Shown here: piece by piece, positions 1 through 14,253 of the stretch
Numbering within the stretch: the stretch's first letter is position 1
Layout of the letters: each line of letters starts with the position of its first letter
Source: Oikopleura dioica
Taxonomy: Eukaryota; Animalia; Chordata
Length of the DNA: 64,000 nt
NCBI GenBank assembly: GCA_907165135.1
Contig: OU015568.1
Location: 15,449,208 to 15,513,207, forward strand
Reading direction: 5' to 3'
The notes under the pieces: model-generated
Told to the model about the DNA's origin: nothing
Seen by the model: the letters and a program-made list of their open reading frames with translations, nothing else
The model's database searches: none
Translations under genes and position numbers: made by a program

Positions 1-2763
1 GAATAAATCGGGCGAGAGCAAGTGCAAGTCCTTTTGATCCAGTCTTCTCCAACACAGTACAAACCTGTAATTCAGAGTTGTTTTAATTTGAGAAAAAATG
101 AATTTGAGTTATTGAAAAATTTTTTATCAATAATGAAAGAAAGAAAATCTCGGTAAAACAGGTTATGGCTGATTCGCAACAAGCCTCTTACAAGCCTTTT
201 GATTGGCTTGAAGTTAAAATCAAGCATTTTGATTGGCTAACAATATGTATTCGAACGATGTTATTGCAGATAACATTAATTCTGATAAATTATAAGAATG
301 GAACTTGCCTCTCCCTTTCTGCCTTGTTGGGGCTTTGAGCAAACGCTTGACCATTCTCCAGCATCGTATCGGTAATGAAATGCAATGTAGGGTCCATTGA
401 TGAACTTCTGCTGGAACTTTGTTGCGATTTCGCGAATGTACTCTGGCTTGCGAGTGTGTCCAACAATCTGAGAAAAAGAGTTAGTTTAACTGTTTCTGTT
501 ACATAGCCTTATGGAAGTCAAAGCAATGTTGACACCCTTATTTAGGCGCCAAAATATCATAAAAAAAGAAATTCGTATTATAAATTGAATATTTTTATAA
601 ATCTTGACCTCTCGATGACGTTTTATTCCGGTAAAAGTTGCTCTCAGCAATTATAAGTAGCATAATCATCAACAATCAAACACTGCTTTTTATGTTTTGA
701 GATTAAATAATTATAAAATGATTGGTCTGTTGTGTCAGTAAATTCAGTAAAGAGACCTTATTTACTTTACGCATTATCTTAGGGGCAATAGAGCTTTTAA
801 TAGGACTACTTTGTAAAGACGTGTTCTTAGATAGCAAACGCGATTTTATTACAGTAAAACTGCCTTTTCCACTGCTCGTTTTAATGTCAATTTTGCAAAA
901 ACAAAACACGGGATAAGAGTAAACCTCGGATATCCTCGACACGCGGCCGTTAAAGCTACGGAAATCGACAGTTAAGATTTAGAAATATTTAATAAAGCCA
1001 ATTAGGATCTATGACCGTCTTTCCAGATATTTCATTTTTTGGAGATTTGCAAAGGATAGATTCTAATCCTTGAAATACAGTTTGTTTGTTTTCGAACCGG
1101 TTACTCAAGAAAAAGAAGGGAAATCTTGCGGGTGTTTGCAAAATTTCAGCTTAGCTCGGAGCGGTTATCTGGCTAGCTTGATAAGTCGGGATCTCCTAGG
1201 GGATTATCCCACCCATCGGGCATGGTTATGTAACGCGCTTTTACCTGGTAGAAGAACTGCTCCCCCGATGTGAGCGGCGAGTCTTTTGCAGACCAAACAA
1301 CTGGGTATTTGTAAGTGTTGTACGGGAACAGCCAGGCGGCGCAGGGCTCAGTTGAGTTGTACAGACTTTGAACCAAGTCAGAACGGTAGCTTTTTAGGCG
1401 TTTTACAATGTTGATTTATCAATAGGAATAATATCAATCTTTAATTTTTGAGCAGAGCCAATGGGCTACTGTTTTGTAAGTATTCCGCTTATATTTTTAG
1501 TCTTAGTAAGGGAAGCTGTTTCAAAACCCAAAGCTTCCAATTTCCAAGTGCTCATAAAGCTAGTGACTTGGGTTAAAGGGACAATGCTCTCGTTTTTTTT
1601 GGAAAGAGTTATTACAAACGTGTTACGCGGGGTTGAAATAACTCAATAAACCAAGAATTGGAAATGTTCTAAAGCCCTTGGCAGCTTTTTAAATTCAGTA
1701 TTTCCTGAAATACGCGTGCTTTGGACAGTATTTTTCGTTAAAAAAATTGTGATTTTTCGTTTTTCAGTGAATTGTAAAAACGTTCCTAAGTTGAACTCCA
1801 GCGCCGGAAACCTTCGGAGATCGAGTAACGGGAATTGCAGTATCTAAGAAAGGTGCATTTTCGTCGAGCTAAAAATGATAATTAGTCTACTAAAGTGCTT
1901 TTTTATTCAATAAGGAAAAATTGCAAAAGGAAGATAATTTTAAATTAATCGTTTTCCGATTTTTATTTTATGAAAAATAAAGCTTACCTCATCATCGTCA
2001 GTTCTTCGTAAAACCTTCATGTGCGCCGCCTTCTCAAAATTTTCAATTCGCTTTACACGTTCAACCATGACAGCTGGATCAGTAGGCTTGTTGTATATTC
2101 CGCGGGCGAGGAACACAGCATCTGACTGGAGACATCTCAAGTCGTCGGTGAAGGCGATGGAGACGAGTTTGCGCAGTTTGGGAATGTCAAGGCGAATGTC
2201 GGTTGGAACTGGTTGGTCGTTGCCGAGCGGGTCGGACGAGTGAGTCAAAAAGGGAGGAAGAAGAAGGGTTCGGTTGAGACGGATTGCCACGCCAATCGCT
2301 TCTCGCAATCCCTATTCACGAATTTTATGGTTTTTGAAGAAAAAAAATGAAATATTGACTTCTCAGAATAAGTTTTCATCGTCTTTGTCAAACACTCAAG
2401 ATTTTCCTTGAAACTTTGACTTGAAAGTCCAAATTTGTCAGTTCTAGGATCGCGATCTTTAGATACTATGATAGTAAAGATAGTATAGAAAGAATAAGTA
2501 TATGTAACTAAACCCACAATCAAAAGAAAGATGATGATAATCCTTATTCGGAGAAGTAACTGAAGATTTTTTAGAAGAACTATTGTCTTTACTTGTAGTT
2601 GGGAAGAAGGTCCCCAGATATAAATAGGTGTGATAAATTTTTCAGGATCCAAGGGATACTTCGGCAGTATTTCCAAGTCTTGATCACGCTGATTTATCTG
2701 TGGACATGTCGAGTCCGCCGGAGCTGCGGCGCAAAGCGCCAGAAGACTGGCTAACACCAGCAT
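1..2763 (-). CDS. O-fucosyltransferase-family (O-FucT/POFUT-like) glycosyltransferase, multi-exon, 3' end outside window
   Basis: Exons about 2763-2593, 2311-1988, 1868-1786, 1389-1247, 467-310 and 65-1 splice in frame. Signal peptide MLVLASLLALCAA, motif WGPSSQLQGLREAIGVAIRLNRTLLLPPF and GPYIAFHYR typical of O-FucT enzymes. Includes one GC-AG and one GA-AG intron. Confidence 0.8.
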
Positions 2764-3777
2764 CGCGTTCAGTTTCGTTTTTTCTGTTTTCTTCTGTTGT
2801 TGATTTCTTTTTGTCGTTGAAAATAAATCAATCGCTGAGAAAAATAAAAAAACTTTTGATGGTATTCAAAACTTTCATTGAAAAGAAAATTGGCTTTTGA
2901 TTCGCTTGTAAAAAAAACAGCGCCTCACAGCGGACAACGTCAGAAACTTTCTGATTGGTAACTTTATTTATATTTTCAAAGAGCGCCACCATCTGGTCTG
3001 AGCTTGTTAATCTGTGTACAAACTATAAGGGCGAAAATAGCCATTTAGTTACTGCGTAAAAATCAAAAACAGTCTTGGATGGAAGTTTTGCAATTCCGCA
3101 TTTGTTAATGCTATTTCAGATCCCTTATTAAGGGTTTGTTCATTGGTAAATTATCGTTCACACACGCTTTTAAAATTATTTTTTACCAACTCGTCAAAGG
3201 GTATCGATCTTTGAAAAGAAATAGAGAAAGTTTTGAAAAAATCATTCTTATTCTCCACCACCGCCTCCTTTCGAATATGATTGAAAAAAATAAAACGATA
3301 ACAATAAGCGAACAGGAGTTTTCAATAAAAAAATTAAGAAGGAAATACGATAGCAGTAGCGCAAAAATAGCATGCAAAATATTTTTATATTTGTACTAGA
3401 CATGATATTTTGAAAAAAAAATTGTTGGGTTGATTGTTGGAATAACATTGAGTTGAAAAAAGAACGGGAAGGTTTTGGTTCAAACGTGAATATGTAAAAT
3501 ATTGCAAGAGAAGAAAAATAGAAAATAGTTGATTGGCAAGTTTTCGGACCCGAATCTCCGGTCTATTTTTCCCACTTTTTTCAAAAGATTTCAAAAACAA
3601 AAGGCACACTTCATAGTGAACCAAATTTCCAGAATTTTTTCGACAAAAAATTTGAGCCCTCCAACCCAATGAGTTCGTCGCGTGCTAAATAAATTGGTAA
3701 TGAAAAATGGTTATGTCAAACTTTGAAATATATTGAAGAGAACTCTACTGGTACCCATGACTACGACCCATGAGACT

Positions 3778-4412
3778 AGAGTGGTCGATTCGGCCCAAAG
3801 CAAAGCTCTTTGACTCTGGACTTATAAACTTCAGAGTTTACCATTGTAGCATCGAATGAATATCTTTTCTATATTAAATGAATAACAGAAGTATTTTACG
3901 ATAGGCTAAGGGAAAAGTTATTCTTGGATGTCTCAAAATTGATATCACGGCCAAAAAAGGGAAAAAAGCCCGTTTGAAAGCTCAAAAACGCAGAAAATTG
4001 CTTTTCGTTCGTCAAAATTCTAAATATTTTTTGGTTCACAAGACCCTTATCTAAAAAATGACAGAAATTTTTTTTTGATAATTTCTCGATAACCTGAGGT
4101 ACCGGTTTTCGACTCTTCGTTCCGATAAATTGTCCTGCGGGCATAACCCGGACGCCACAAGCCCTACGCTTCATAAATTCCCCGAGTTTGAGCTTTCTAA
4201 AAATGTATCATTTGCCAGTATTATAAAGGCCAGTATATGAAAGTTCAACACATCTGATTCTCCAACAAAATGCATTTATTCTCTTGTTTTACAGTCACAA
4301 TTTCCCCGAGATAGCTAAATAATCTATGAGGAATGTTTTCTTCCAGATAACCTGAAGAGTCCGAAGATGGGCGAAAATAAGAATCTCAGAGTTGACCAGA
4401 ATCGACCACTCT
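3778..4412. mobile_element. MITE, related to the element at 54026-54370
   Basis: Inverted ends AGAGTGGTCGATTC...GAATCGACCACTCT. Left end shares GTGGTCGATT.GGCCCAA.GCA.AGCTC...ACTCTGGACTTAT with the 54026 element. Confidence 0.6.
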
Positions 4413-4461
4413 CAGGTTAGGGTTGAATCGGCTTTATAGCGACTTTATAGGGATGAATCGG

Positions 4462-4763
4462 GGTGTAGGGCGGCCACTTTCTGCAGCAGAACGACGTTCT
4501 GCAATTGCAGAATCGCGTTCTGTAAATACAGAACGGCGTTCTGCACTTAAATAAATATATGTGCTTCGCGCCTGTCTTAAAGAAAATCCCAGAATTTCTT
4601 AAATCAGGAGTTACTCTTTAAGCTAAGCTGAATGCGTTAAAACTGATAAGAATCAAGTAACATCGTAAAGAAAATCCTTATACAGAACGCCATTCTGCAT
4701 TTGCAGAACACCGTTCTGTATTTGCAGAACGCCGTTCTGGCAGAACGTCGCCGCCCATCACCG
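4462..4763. repeat. Foldback element with internal palindromic CAGAAC..CGTTCTG units
   Basis: Ends GGTGTAGGGCGGC / GCCGCCCATCACC; about 3 palindromic units on each arm. Confidence 0.6.
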
Positions 4764-6866
4764 ATAATTCGGGCGTTCTTACAAAGATAGCATTTTTCAA
4801 TCAGGAAGATAACTTACGGTGAAATTGAATTTTATAAAAAGGATTCTTTTATGTTATTTATAAATACTATACGGCCCAAAGAGGGGGATTGAAAGGGCGG
4901 CTGTTTTGTGAAATAATTGGTAGAATTGTTGCGATATTTGAGGTTTTCAAGAATGCGGAGGAATCCAGAAAAACAGATGAAACATTGTGTGTGAAAACAG
5001 AATTTACTGATTAAGAAATCTTAAAGTTTTTAAGTTATTATTGATATATTTATATTCAGAGAAAAACCCCAATGATTTTTACAATTCCATTGGTCCGTTC
5101 AACAAGTACCCATCAGAAAATGACCATGAACGGGAAAGTTATAAGGCGAGACAAGATTTTTAATAAGTAACATAAATCACAATGAGTTATAGTATAATAA
5201 GAACGAATTGAAATGCCCTCATTTAAGAGCTAACATTACGGACACCTCAAATATTCGGTGATGATCCAACTTCGATCAATAGTTGTTCCGGAAGACTGAA
5301 TTAAAAGAAAGCATCATTTAGCTTTGAGATTATTCCTTTGAGCTTTTTTAATACATATTATATCAAAAGACACTTAAATACTTGTGTTATTGCTCATAAC
5401 TGTCTGAACTAAGGAAACACCTTATCGGAATTTTCAAAAGAAGCATTCTTCGTGAAAAATGCAATTTAAAAGGGAGAATTTAAGGATGTATGGCGCATAG
5501 GGTCTGCACGAAAAATGTATCAGAATTTTACATTAAGGGGGTTGTAGTCGCTTTTTGCGGTTTCGGGTATTTATGAACAGCCCTCAATGAAATTTGAGCT
5601 GAGGTTGAAGGGTAGAAACAGTGTCTTAAGTCCTGTTGCAGACCCAGAAAAAAATTTCTCGTCCGCATAAGGAGCTGTGGTGCCATATTAAAACTCCGAC
5701 CGCGCATAATAGCCATTTTGGCATTTTTTTAAAAACGTTCAAATCCGTTATAAGCTTGAAATAAATTTTAACCAAATATATTTTTCAGAAATTTATTACT
5801 CCGTCTACAGTTGCCAACCAACGAAATTAAATAATTTAAAAAAATTATTATGTAAAAGCTTCGATCAAAAGTTTGGTGTCAAAAACATATTCAAGCGAAT
5901 TATATTTCAAAAGTTTTTTCAGATTATTTTGGAAGAATCACGTACGTCGATGGGAGGATCCTTTAGCCTTGCACGGATATTGACCCACGAGTGAGCACAA
6001 AGCGACTTTCTACGAAAGAGCCGGCTTCAATAAACTTGAATTTTCTGACAAGTCCGATTTTCCCCTCGAAAAATTGAAGTTTGCATCAGGAAGCTAACTT
6101 ATTTTCCGATAGATTGAAACAAAGCATTTCCATGAAAAAAGGTTAAAACGAAGCGTGAGTCAAAAAACATAAAAATTTCATCCTTGCAACGGTTAGAACT
6201 TAGAAAAATAATTTCAAGTCAAGCCGTATGAGTCGGCCAATGTGTAAACCGATATTTGTTTTCCCCAACAGTCAAAGTTTTCGCCTTTTATTTTCGAGGA
6301 AAACGGGCTTAATATTTTGGCGAAAATTTCTGAATTTTCTAAACTATTTAATAAGATCTGAAGTTGTTTTAAGAGAAGGCTGTGTTATTATTTTATAAGC
6401 TGTTAAATGTATCCGAGAACAAAAAAAAATCATGAGAGATTTGAAGAATAACATTTTAAAAATCGAATTTGCCTTTTTTGACTCATTTGCGCCATCACAG
6501 ACCGTCACGAGCGCCCTCTGAGTAGCTTTAGCGAAAATTTTACGCAAACGAAATACGGATTGGTACAAAATGATATTGATGTTGATTTGGACTGATAAGA
6601 TATGATGATTCGATAATCATTTTAAGTAAAATATAATAGAATTTTCTGCTTATTTTAATCCTAGATTTTACTTAACGGCTTTGTTTAAATACACGAATGG
6701 TAAAGATTTTTCCTGTTGAGTTTCTGAATAACAATTTGGTGATAAATGTTAGAATTTTAAGTAGATTTCGGCAGACAAAGAAACTCTAAGTCTAAAGTTT
6801 AGTAGTTTTACTTCACCAAGCACTGAAGATGGTTATAAACCAAAAATGTTCTGCCGAAATCTATTA

Positions 6867-7034
6867 CAGCCGGAGTCCAAATTAAGGGACACCAAGATAA
6901 GGGACTTTTTGGCTCGAAATGCCGAAAATCTGCGCCCCGATTTGTAAGTTTTCTATGTTAAAATGAACCAATTTTAGGGACTTTCTTTCGAAAATTTGGG
7001 ACCGAAAAAATTCCCTTGATTTGGACTGCGGCTG
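6867..7034. mobile_element. Tc1/mariner-type MITE (TA target duplication)
   Basis: TA|CAGCCGGAGTCCAAATTAAGGGA ... TCCCTTGATTTGGACTGCGGCTG|TA. Confidence 0.7.
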
Positions 7035-8434
7035 TAATAAACTGAGCATTTTCTGCCTCATTTAAAATCAAAGAAGCATTCAATCACGCTATGTTTTCAA
7101 CAGACAAAGATGTAAGAATTTATCTAGAACAACTGTCTTTACTAAAGAATAAAGAGAAATTGGTTTCTTTTCTTTTGATTGATACGAAATGAGTAGATAC
7201 ATAGAACTTAATTTGTGATTGGAAGTATCAATATAATTCTCTTTGTTAATTTTTTGAAGCATGAATATTACTCTAATTTGGTATAAGGATGACAGCAGAG
7301 AAATCTGTTTTTGTCTATGTTGGCTCTACTTTAGCTTAAGGGTTTGGCTAGGGCTATGATAAAGGAAAGGCCAGAATAAAAATAATTTAAGAAATTTATG
7401 AACCAGAACCCTCAGCGTTAACGATCTTAACAATCAGATAAATTTTGATGGAATTGAAATTATTATTTGGATTCTCACTTTTTGTTTTTTAAGCTTTTTT
7501 TACTTCAAAAAAGCCCTTGGAAGTGTTAGTCTATCGCAAGAGTTTGCATCTAACAGCAAAGTTCAAGCAGAAAAGTGATACTAATCAAAAATGTCATACT
7601 AGGAGATAAACGAGCAAGAAACGTTCGAAATAGCAATTGGTATAAAAATGACGGTATTACAGACAAAATTTAAATTTTAACAAATAATTGTTTGCTTGTA
7701 AGTTCGATATATAATCATCTAAACATAACAAGCGCCCTTTTTTTCTTTAGTTGATAATTTCCATAAACAAAATAATCGAAAATATTTTGCAAAAAAAAAA
7801 TAATCTCCGCCGCTTTGCTTGAGAGATTATTTCTACAGTCAATTATCTTTCTGAATGCTTTTTTATAGGAAAGTTATATGAATAATTTTGAAGCATGGCT
7901 TAGTTTGGTTTTATCTAAAAATTTATAAAATCAAAGATAAAATTGACGTCAAAGTTATTGATGAAAAAAATAATAAAAAAATAAGTTTCTTTGAATACGT
8001 TCCTTGTATTTTTTCGCTCCTTAAAACCCCGTTTCTAGTTTTCTCTTTCAGATTTTCCGGGGTTGATCTTTTCTTCGTTTTCTCTTTGAGGCTTCAGCAA
8101 AAATATCTCTGTGTGGAGTGGCTCTTCTTTGGGCACTCCCTAGTATTAGGGCACACGAAAAAAATTGTGACGCCAAAAATTGAAAAGTTAGAAAATTAAG
8201 TGAACTTGAGCGGGAAACGCGCTTGGTAAGAGACAAAGCGGAAAAATCGTGAAAACTGAGAAATAGACCTCGCGCGCCACCCCTTTGCGGGAATAAGCGG
8301 CGCTACTTTTCCGCTAGGGCGGCGCTGGTGATTCAAGGCCGGCTTAATTCCGAAGCTATATGCACTCTTTTAATCACTGAACGTGCTAAAATTCAAGAAT
8401 AACGCTCTGAAATTTATAAAAAATCATTTCTTAA

Positions 8435-9091
8435 GGACCCCCCCATCAAGAATCGCGAAAATAGGGCATCTTAGTGAAAGTTTTTCTCCAAAACTATCTT
8501 AGCTAGACCCTTTATTTTAATTGCATCCTTTAGATCGAACCCTCTACTGCAACCGTTCCCCTTTAGATGATCTCTCGATGCCAAATTTAAGGTTATACAG
8601 GCCGTTAAAGGTAAAGTTGCTTAGTGAACGTTTTTTTCGGGGTTTTCGTTGGGGTATACCCTTAATTTTTTTTCATGGTAAAGTTAAGGCCCTAAGCTAC
8701 GACCGTTTGCTTTTTGAGGGTTTTTTGTCTACGAGCTTAAGGAGGACAGCCCCTTTAAAATTTTATAAGTCGAATGTTAGTCGAATTTCCAGATTTACAT
8801 TTTTAGTAATCATTGCCTAAATTGCCCTGAATTAAGTTTTTATACTCGTGTTTATGATAGAAATAGTTTTTTTTGGTTGGTATACCCTTAATTACCATTA
8901 AAAATAGCTTACTAAAGATTTTTATGAAATGTAAAATGTTAATATTCAATTTTTGAAGTCAATTTCTGCCAAAATTTTCTATAAGATCAAAAAAATTTTC
9001 TGAACAAAAGTTGTTCCTCGTGGTTAAAACTACCCAAAAAAGCAAAAAAATTTTGAAAATTTTGACTTTTTTCATCTTGATGGGGGGGTCC
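8435..9091. mobile_element. TTAA-flanked MITE with GG..CC ends (Kolobok-type)
   Basis: TTAA|GGACCCCCCCATCAAGA ... TCTTGATGGGGGGGTCC|TTAA. Confidence 0.75.
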
Positions 9092-10318
9092 TTAATCGTC
9101 GATTAATAATAGAGATACTAGGCAATTTTTCTGTTCTTCACTCTCAGTACTGCAAATTTATTTTCAATGTTCAAACTGATTTTCATGACCGAGCCTGAAA
9201 TTTATTTATAATGATGTTATAAGTTGTCCAAATCAAGAGTCTACGCCGCAGAAATAAATCTTTCAAGAAGCTTGAAGCTCGAAGAAAAGCTGGATTTTAT
9301 TTAGTAGCTTGAGTAGCTCGGTGGAACCACGTCACTTAAAGCGGCCAATTTGTGGCCGGCAACTGACGCTATCACAGCCGAAAGAGATAAAGTCAGAAAA
9401 GAGATCTGGCGTTTTTGGAGGAAATACGTATCCATTCATAAACACCTGATTAAACAGTCTTCTTCAATAAACACTGCTTTCAATTGAGCTTCTTTTGAAT
9501 TTCGGAAAAACGCGCAGTGTGAAATTAACGTTGGAAAAACTGAATGAACCGGGGGTTTTCTTCTTCTTGCGCAAGTCGAAAATTAAATCTTTCATTTCAC
9601 GCGCTCTGTTTCATAATTCTACGGCCCCATGTTCCAAGCGCTATTGGAGAATGTGGTTCATTAGACTGCCGCTCTATGCTCAATTTTTAGAGGACAAATT
9701 TTCCAATGACAGCAAATGACTTCTTAAAAGACATACTGAATATTGACGATATTATTTTCAAGTCGAGCCTTTGATAGATTATCGGCCAATCAGAGACCCG
9801 AATTCAGATTTCGTTATATTGAAGAGTCGCTGTAGATATTCATTTTGTTGCCTTTTACTTTTAATAGTACTAAATTATGGTTTTAAATAGCCGGAAACTC
9901 GTTCGACCGGCAATGATTGCAAAATATATTTGTTGCACTGTGGAAGGGTTTGAAGATGGCGTCTGGTTTGTATTCAAGAGCCCTTACCAAGTGACCCAAC
10001 ACTCGAGCAGCTACTCTTGTCTCCGATCCCGCTAGAAATAACATTTACCCGCCAATCACATAAACAAGGCAGCCAAGATGACATTTATAAATCTCTGAAT
10101 CGGTATCTTCAAAATTTACTGCTGAACAAAAATGCAGATTTTTTAAAACTCGATAAGCCAAAAATCAGAATTTACTCGGCAAATTTTCAATACAGCTCTA
10201 TCTCGACTGACTCAAATAACTTCGGCGGTTACTTATCAGGATTGCAAATATCAATCTGCTGCATAAAATCGAAAGTTTTTTCCCCATTTGACAGAGTGAA
10301 TTATTCTCGGTAGAAAAA

Positions 10319-10641
10319 ATGGGTTCTGAACGATTTGAAAAAGCTTTTGCCAAGGGAGATACCGATGGATCCGGAACTATTGGTAAGTTTTTGCAGTTAA
10401 ATATCTCAAGATGATTGTTCCCCTAAGAGATAAGCTAGTGACACCCTTATTTATTTGAGAACCTAGCAATATTTAAGATCTTGCCGAAGCAAAGGCGCTT
10501 GTGAAAGAGCTCGGCTTGGATTACACTGATGCTCAAATCGAAGAGTACTTCAAAAAGTTCGACGCTGACAACTCCGGAGAACTCGACAAGGAAGAAGCCA
10601 AGGCTCTCGTCAAAGCCATTCGACCAGACATTTTCGAGTAA
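10319..10641 (+). CDS. Small two-EF-hand calcium-binding protein (75 aa, 2 exons)
   Basis: Exons 10319-10382 and 10478-10641 (GT-AG intron). Two canonical loops, DTDGSGTIDLAE and DADNSGELDKEE. Missed by the ORF track because of the intron. Confidence 0.9.
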
Positions 10642-12980
10642 ACTGCTTATTATTTTGGTTTGATGGTAAATCACCGTCCTGCAAGAAAATAAGAATTAAT
10701 TTGAAGCAATTTCTCACTCTCATAATAGGTAGTAATGATCATGTAAATTGGCATTAAATTGGCAAAGAGGCAGATTCCTGAGGTCTTAGAGTTTTGAAAT
10801 ATTTCCTTATCTGCCACCTTGTGGCTTGTCAGCAGGACAATCTGCATTTTTCAGAATGCTGTACCGGTCGTTTGCACCGCCAATTTACGCGCAAAGAAAG
10901 CGCCTTAATCTTTTTAACAATTACTGCAGTCAAAGTCCAACTCTTCTTTTTAACAGTGAAAAGAGCGTCGAGAACAAGAAGCAGTCGTATTCGTGTGTAA
11001 ATATTTCTAGCGCGCTTTTTATCGTGTGCGCCCGTTGTGATGATTTTCCAAATTCCTTCAAATATAACCATTAGTTTTCCTGCGAACGGAACGAAGCCAC
11101 GTTGAATTCCGTTCAGTTCAACACTTGACGAGATTTTCTTAAACCGGGATCAACTCGTCAAAAAGTCAGATTTTATCTAAAAACCATTGATGATCGCAAA
11201 GGAAAAAAAATCGTTCACAAAATCAGCTGTCCTGGAAACATTAGCATTTCGCGAGTTTTTAAAAATTCCGATTCGAAATTCTCAAGTGCACACTTTTCCC
11301 AGCTGAGCCCCGTCTAATCCCGTCTGATGTTGCCACAAGAATCCGGCTGCTAAAATTTCACTCAGCTTTTGAACGATTCTAGCGCTGCTGAATCAGATTC
11401 GAAGCTGACGGATATTCGAACATTCCGGCGATTATTGGCGCAATTTAGAACACCCTTGATGCGCGAATCAGTTCCAGGCGCGAATTTTCGTGGAACTCAC
11501 GAAATTCTACATTGCCTCTTCGTTAAATAACCGCAAAAAATGCCACATTCCTTTCAATAGGAGCTTTCTGTTGCCTATTTCTTGACAGGTTTGTCAAAAA
11601 ATAGACCCCTATTTCATTTGACCCTATTTATTCTACCAGAAAGGAACTTAAAATTTTTGTCTCAGAAAACCAAAATTTGCAATTTCGAAGCTGACATTCC
11701 CAAAATTTTTAACTTGACTTTTTTTTTAATTTCGATTATTTATTATAAGTGAAATTTGCTTTACAAGTAAAAACAATTTATTTTTTGCTGTTCCGTTGTT
11801 CCCTTTTTGAAGTCACGGAATTTCCGTTGAGCAATATTTTTAAAAAGTTCCATTTCAATTCAATTTTCTTGAGCGGAGATGCCCTCGCCGGCGTTTTTCA
11901 TAACTGACTCTTGTATTGAGGGAAGTCGCGCCCTTTTATTTTCACATTCTTTCAATGCAATTAGAACAACGTTCGAAGGGTTGGGAAATCGCGCCCCGAG
12001 AATAATGTATTGAATTTGGCACAAGCGCTCCATTGCGGTTATTTTTAGTCTTCTCTGCAGCTTTTCTTGCATCAGATGCTCGACTACAGCGGAGTCACAG
12101 TACTTACAATTACGAAGCTCAAATGAAAATTGAGGCCGAAAATTTTTGGGGAAGGGTAAGGGTTAATTGATAGGGTGGGTCGAAGCAATGGCTTTTGATT
12201 GGCTGAAAAGGAACATGAAGGCTTATGATTGGCTCGAAATTTCAGTATCATCTTTCTTTCAAAAAGAGCTAGAAGAAGCCTTTTTTCGGACTTTGGAAAA
12301 CAGGGGAAACGCAGATGGAGCTGGCCATTACGGCTTGAGCGACCCGAGCACGCCGCACGACGAATGCAAACGTCGTGGAAGACATTAGAGTCTTGACTCG
12401 AGCGGCCACACATGTCACCTTTTCCCCTCAAATTTTCGGACGATTCTAAACTTCAATTCGCCAATAACGACGAGTATACCCCCAACCACGGAAGAAATAA
12501 CTGTATAATATATGCTCTAAAAAGTTCATAAAACGACATTTTCCCATGGCTCCGAACAAGGTGTGATTTCTTCCCTGACACGAGCCGGTACGAGCAGTCT
12601 ACTTCTACAACATTTCATTTTTTTTCGCGAGTGTCGCCACGTGATCAGTTTTTGGAGTGATAAGACAGGATTTTAGAAGTCGTGTTTTTGGGAAAAGAAG
12701 GAAGGCGAGAAAAAGTAAATCTGCGCAGTTGCGCAAGCGACACAGATTCCAACCGTTCGAGGAGATGTCGTGTTCGACACATCCGACAAACACGACTGCC
12801 ATCCGCCATTCCCTTTTTTCAATCTCCACTGTGGCAGAAGGTGCACGCTGCCACTGAAGGAATGTTTGATGACAAGTTCCGTAACTTTGCTTGAGAAAGA
12901 GATCCTCAGTTAGAAAAAAAAACAAACAGAGGAAATCGCAATCAACAGATTCTTTAGTCCTATTTTTATTGTTAATTCGA

Positions 12981-14253
12981 TCAGAAGAAAGAAAAGATAA
13001 AAGCGATGGTTGACAGCAAGAACTTGCTTCTTGTTTTTGAGCTTGAACTTGTTGTGGTGTCAATTGTCATCGTGATTGGTTCGTCAGTTGTTGATTCAAG
13101 TATTGTTGCACTCGTAGTTTTGATGGTAACTGGGTCAGTAGTTGGCTCAAGAACGCAAAAATCGGAGTCTGTCGCGTAAAGAACCGGGTTTAAGCTGTAG
13201 GTAGAATGGTGACCGATGACTTCTGAGCTAACGAACACATCGTCATTGATTTCGATTCGCTCAATTGGATACCCTCCCGAAAAATCTTTGTCACTTCCGG
13301 ACACAATATAGACAAATTGTCCATTTCTTATTGATGAGCAATAAGAACATCTCTAAAAATATTTTTACACACTGAGCACGTATTAAATTATATCTTCACC
13401 TCTTTGGTTTTTCCAATGATTGTCCATTCATTATCTTTTAATAGCCAGATATCTCTCGAGTCTCTAGATATAAAATCATCCGTGTAGTAATACCCACCGG
13501 TTAAGATCATTGCACCGCTTTCCAAACCGGTCAAAGTGTGGCACACTGACATTGGAGGATGATCCGCTAATGACAACCATCCGTTTTCTGAGAGACTTTC
13601 TACTTTGTGAAAAGCAATGACTTCGCTTCCATCACCACTGACCGTTGTTGGCTTTCCGTTGTAGTATCCAAGATGGCCATAACGATGGCCAAACTGCGAT
13701 GAGTGTGTTATAGTCGCTTGAATTGTGTCAAACTCTTCGCATTTGTTACTATGATTGGCAAGGCCAAAGCAAATCAAGGCTAGAAACGCATAAGGAAAAT
13801 CGAAGAGAAATTTCACCTTTTTCGCCGTTTTGAATCGTCAACGCTGCAGAACCTTCGGCATAATAATAATTCGATCGAACCGACAATTCTTCAAAGGAGC
13901 AGTCGACAAGCTTGACAATCTATAAACTAATTTAAGGCTCTCTCATTGATTTTAAGATAATTTACTTTATTAGTACCGGCTCCGTTATCTTCCCTGCCAC
14001 CAAAAATGTACAGCTCGTTTTTGATCACGGCAAATGCAACTTCTTTCGCCGAGTTAGAGGGCCCAGTAATTGTTGGGTATGTTTGAGTCAACCCATCGTG
14101 GGAGATTATGAAGGAGTTCGGCAATTTGTTGAGGAGGATCAAAAAATTAAAACTATAAGGTTCCGAATCGCTCTGTTTCTTGGTGGAATTGGTGCAAGTC
14201 TCTTGTAAAATCGCGGCAGAAGCAAAAACGGGGAGAAGAAGAAAATTTCTCAT
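12981..14253 (-). CDS. Secreted, probably GPI-anchored kelch-like beta-propeller protein (about 4 exons)
   Basis: Signal peptide MRNFLLLPVFASA; kelch-like LYIFGG, MILTGG..W and VYIVSG motifs; Thr/Ser-rich stalk and hydrophobic C-terminus; TATATAA about 35 bp upstream of the ATG. Confidence 0.75.

Noticed and set aside
2900-10300. Short ORFs in the ORF track
   Set aside because: AT-rich, MITE-laden intergenic DNA; many start at non-ATG codons and have no motifs.
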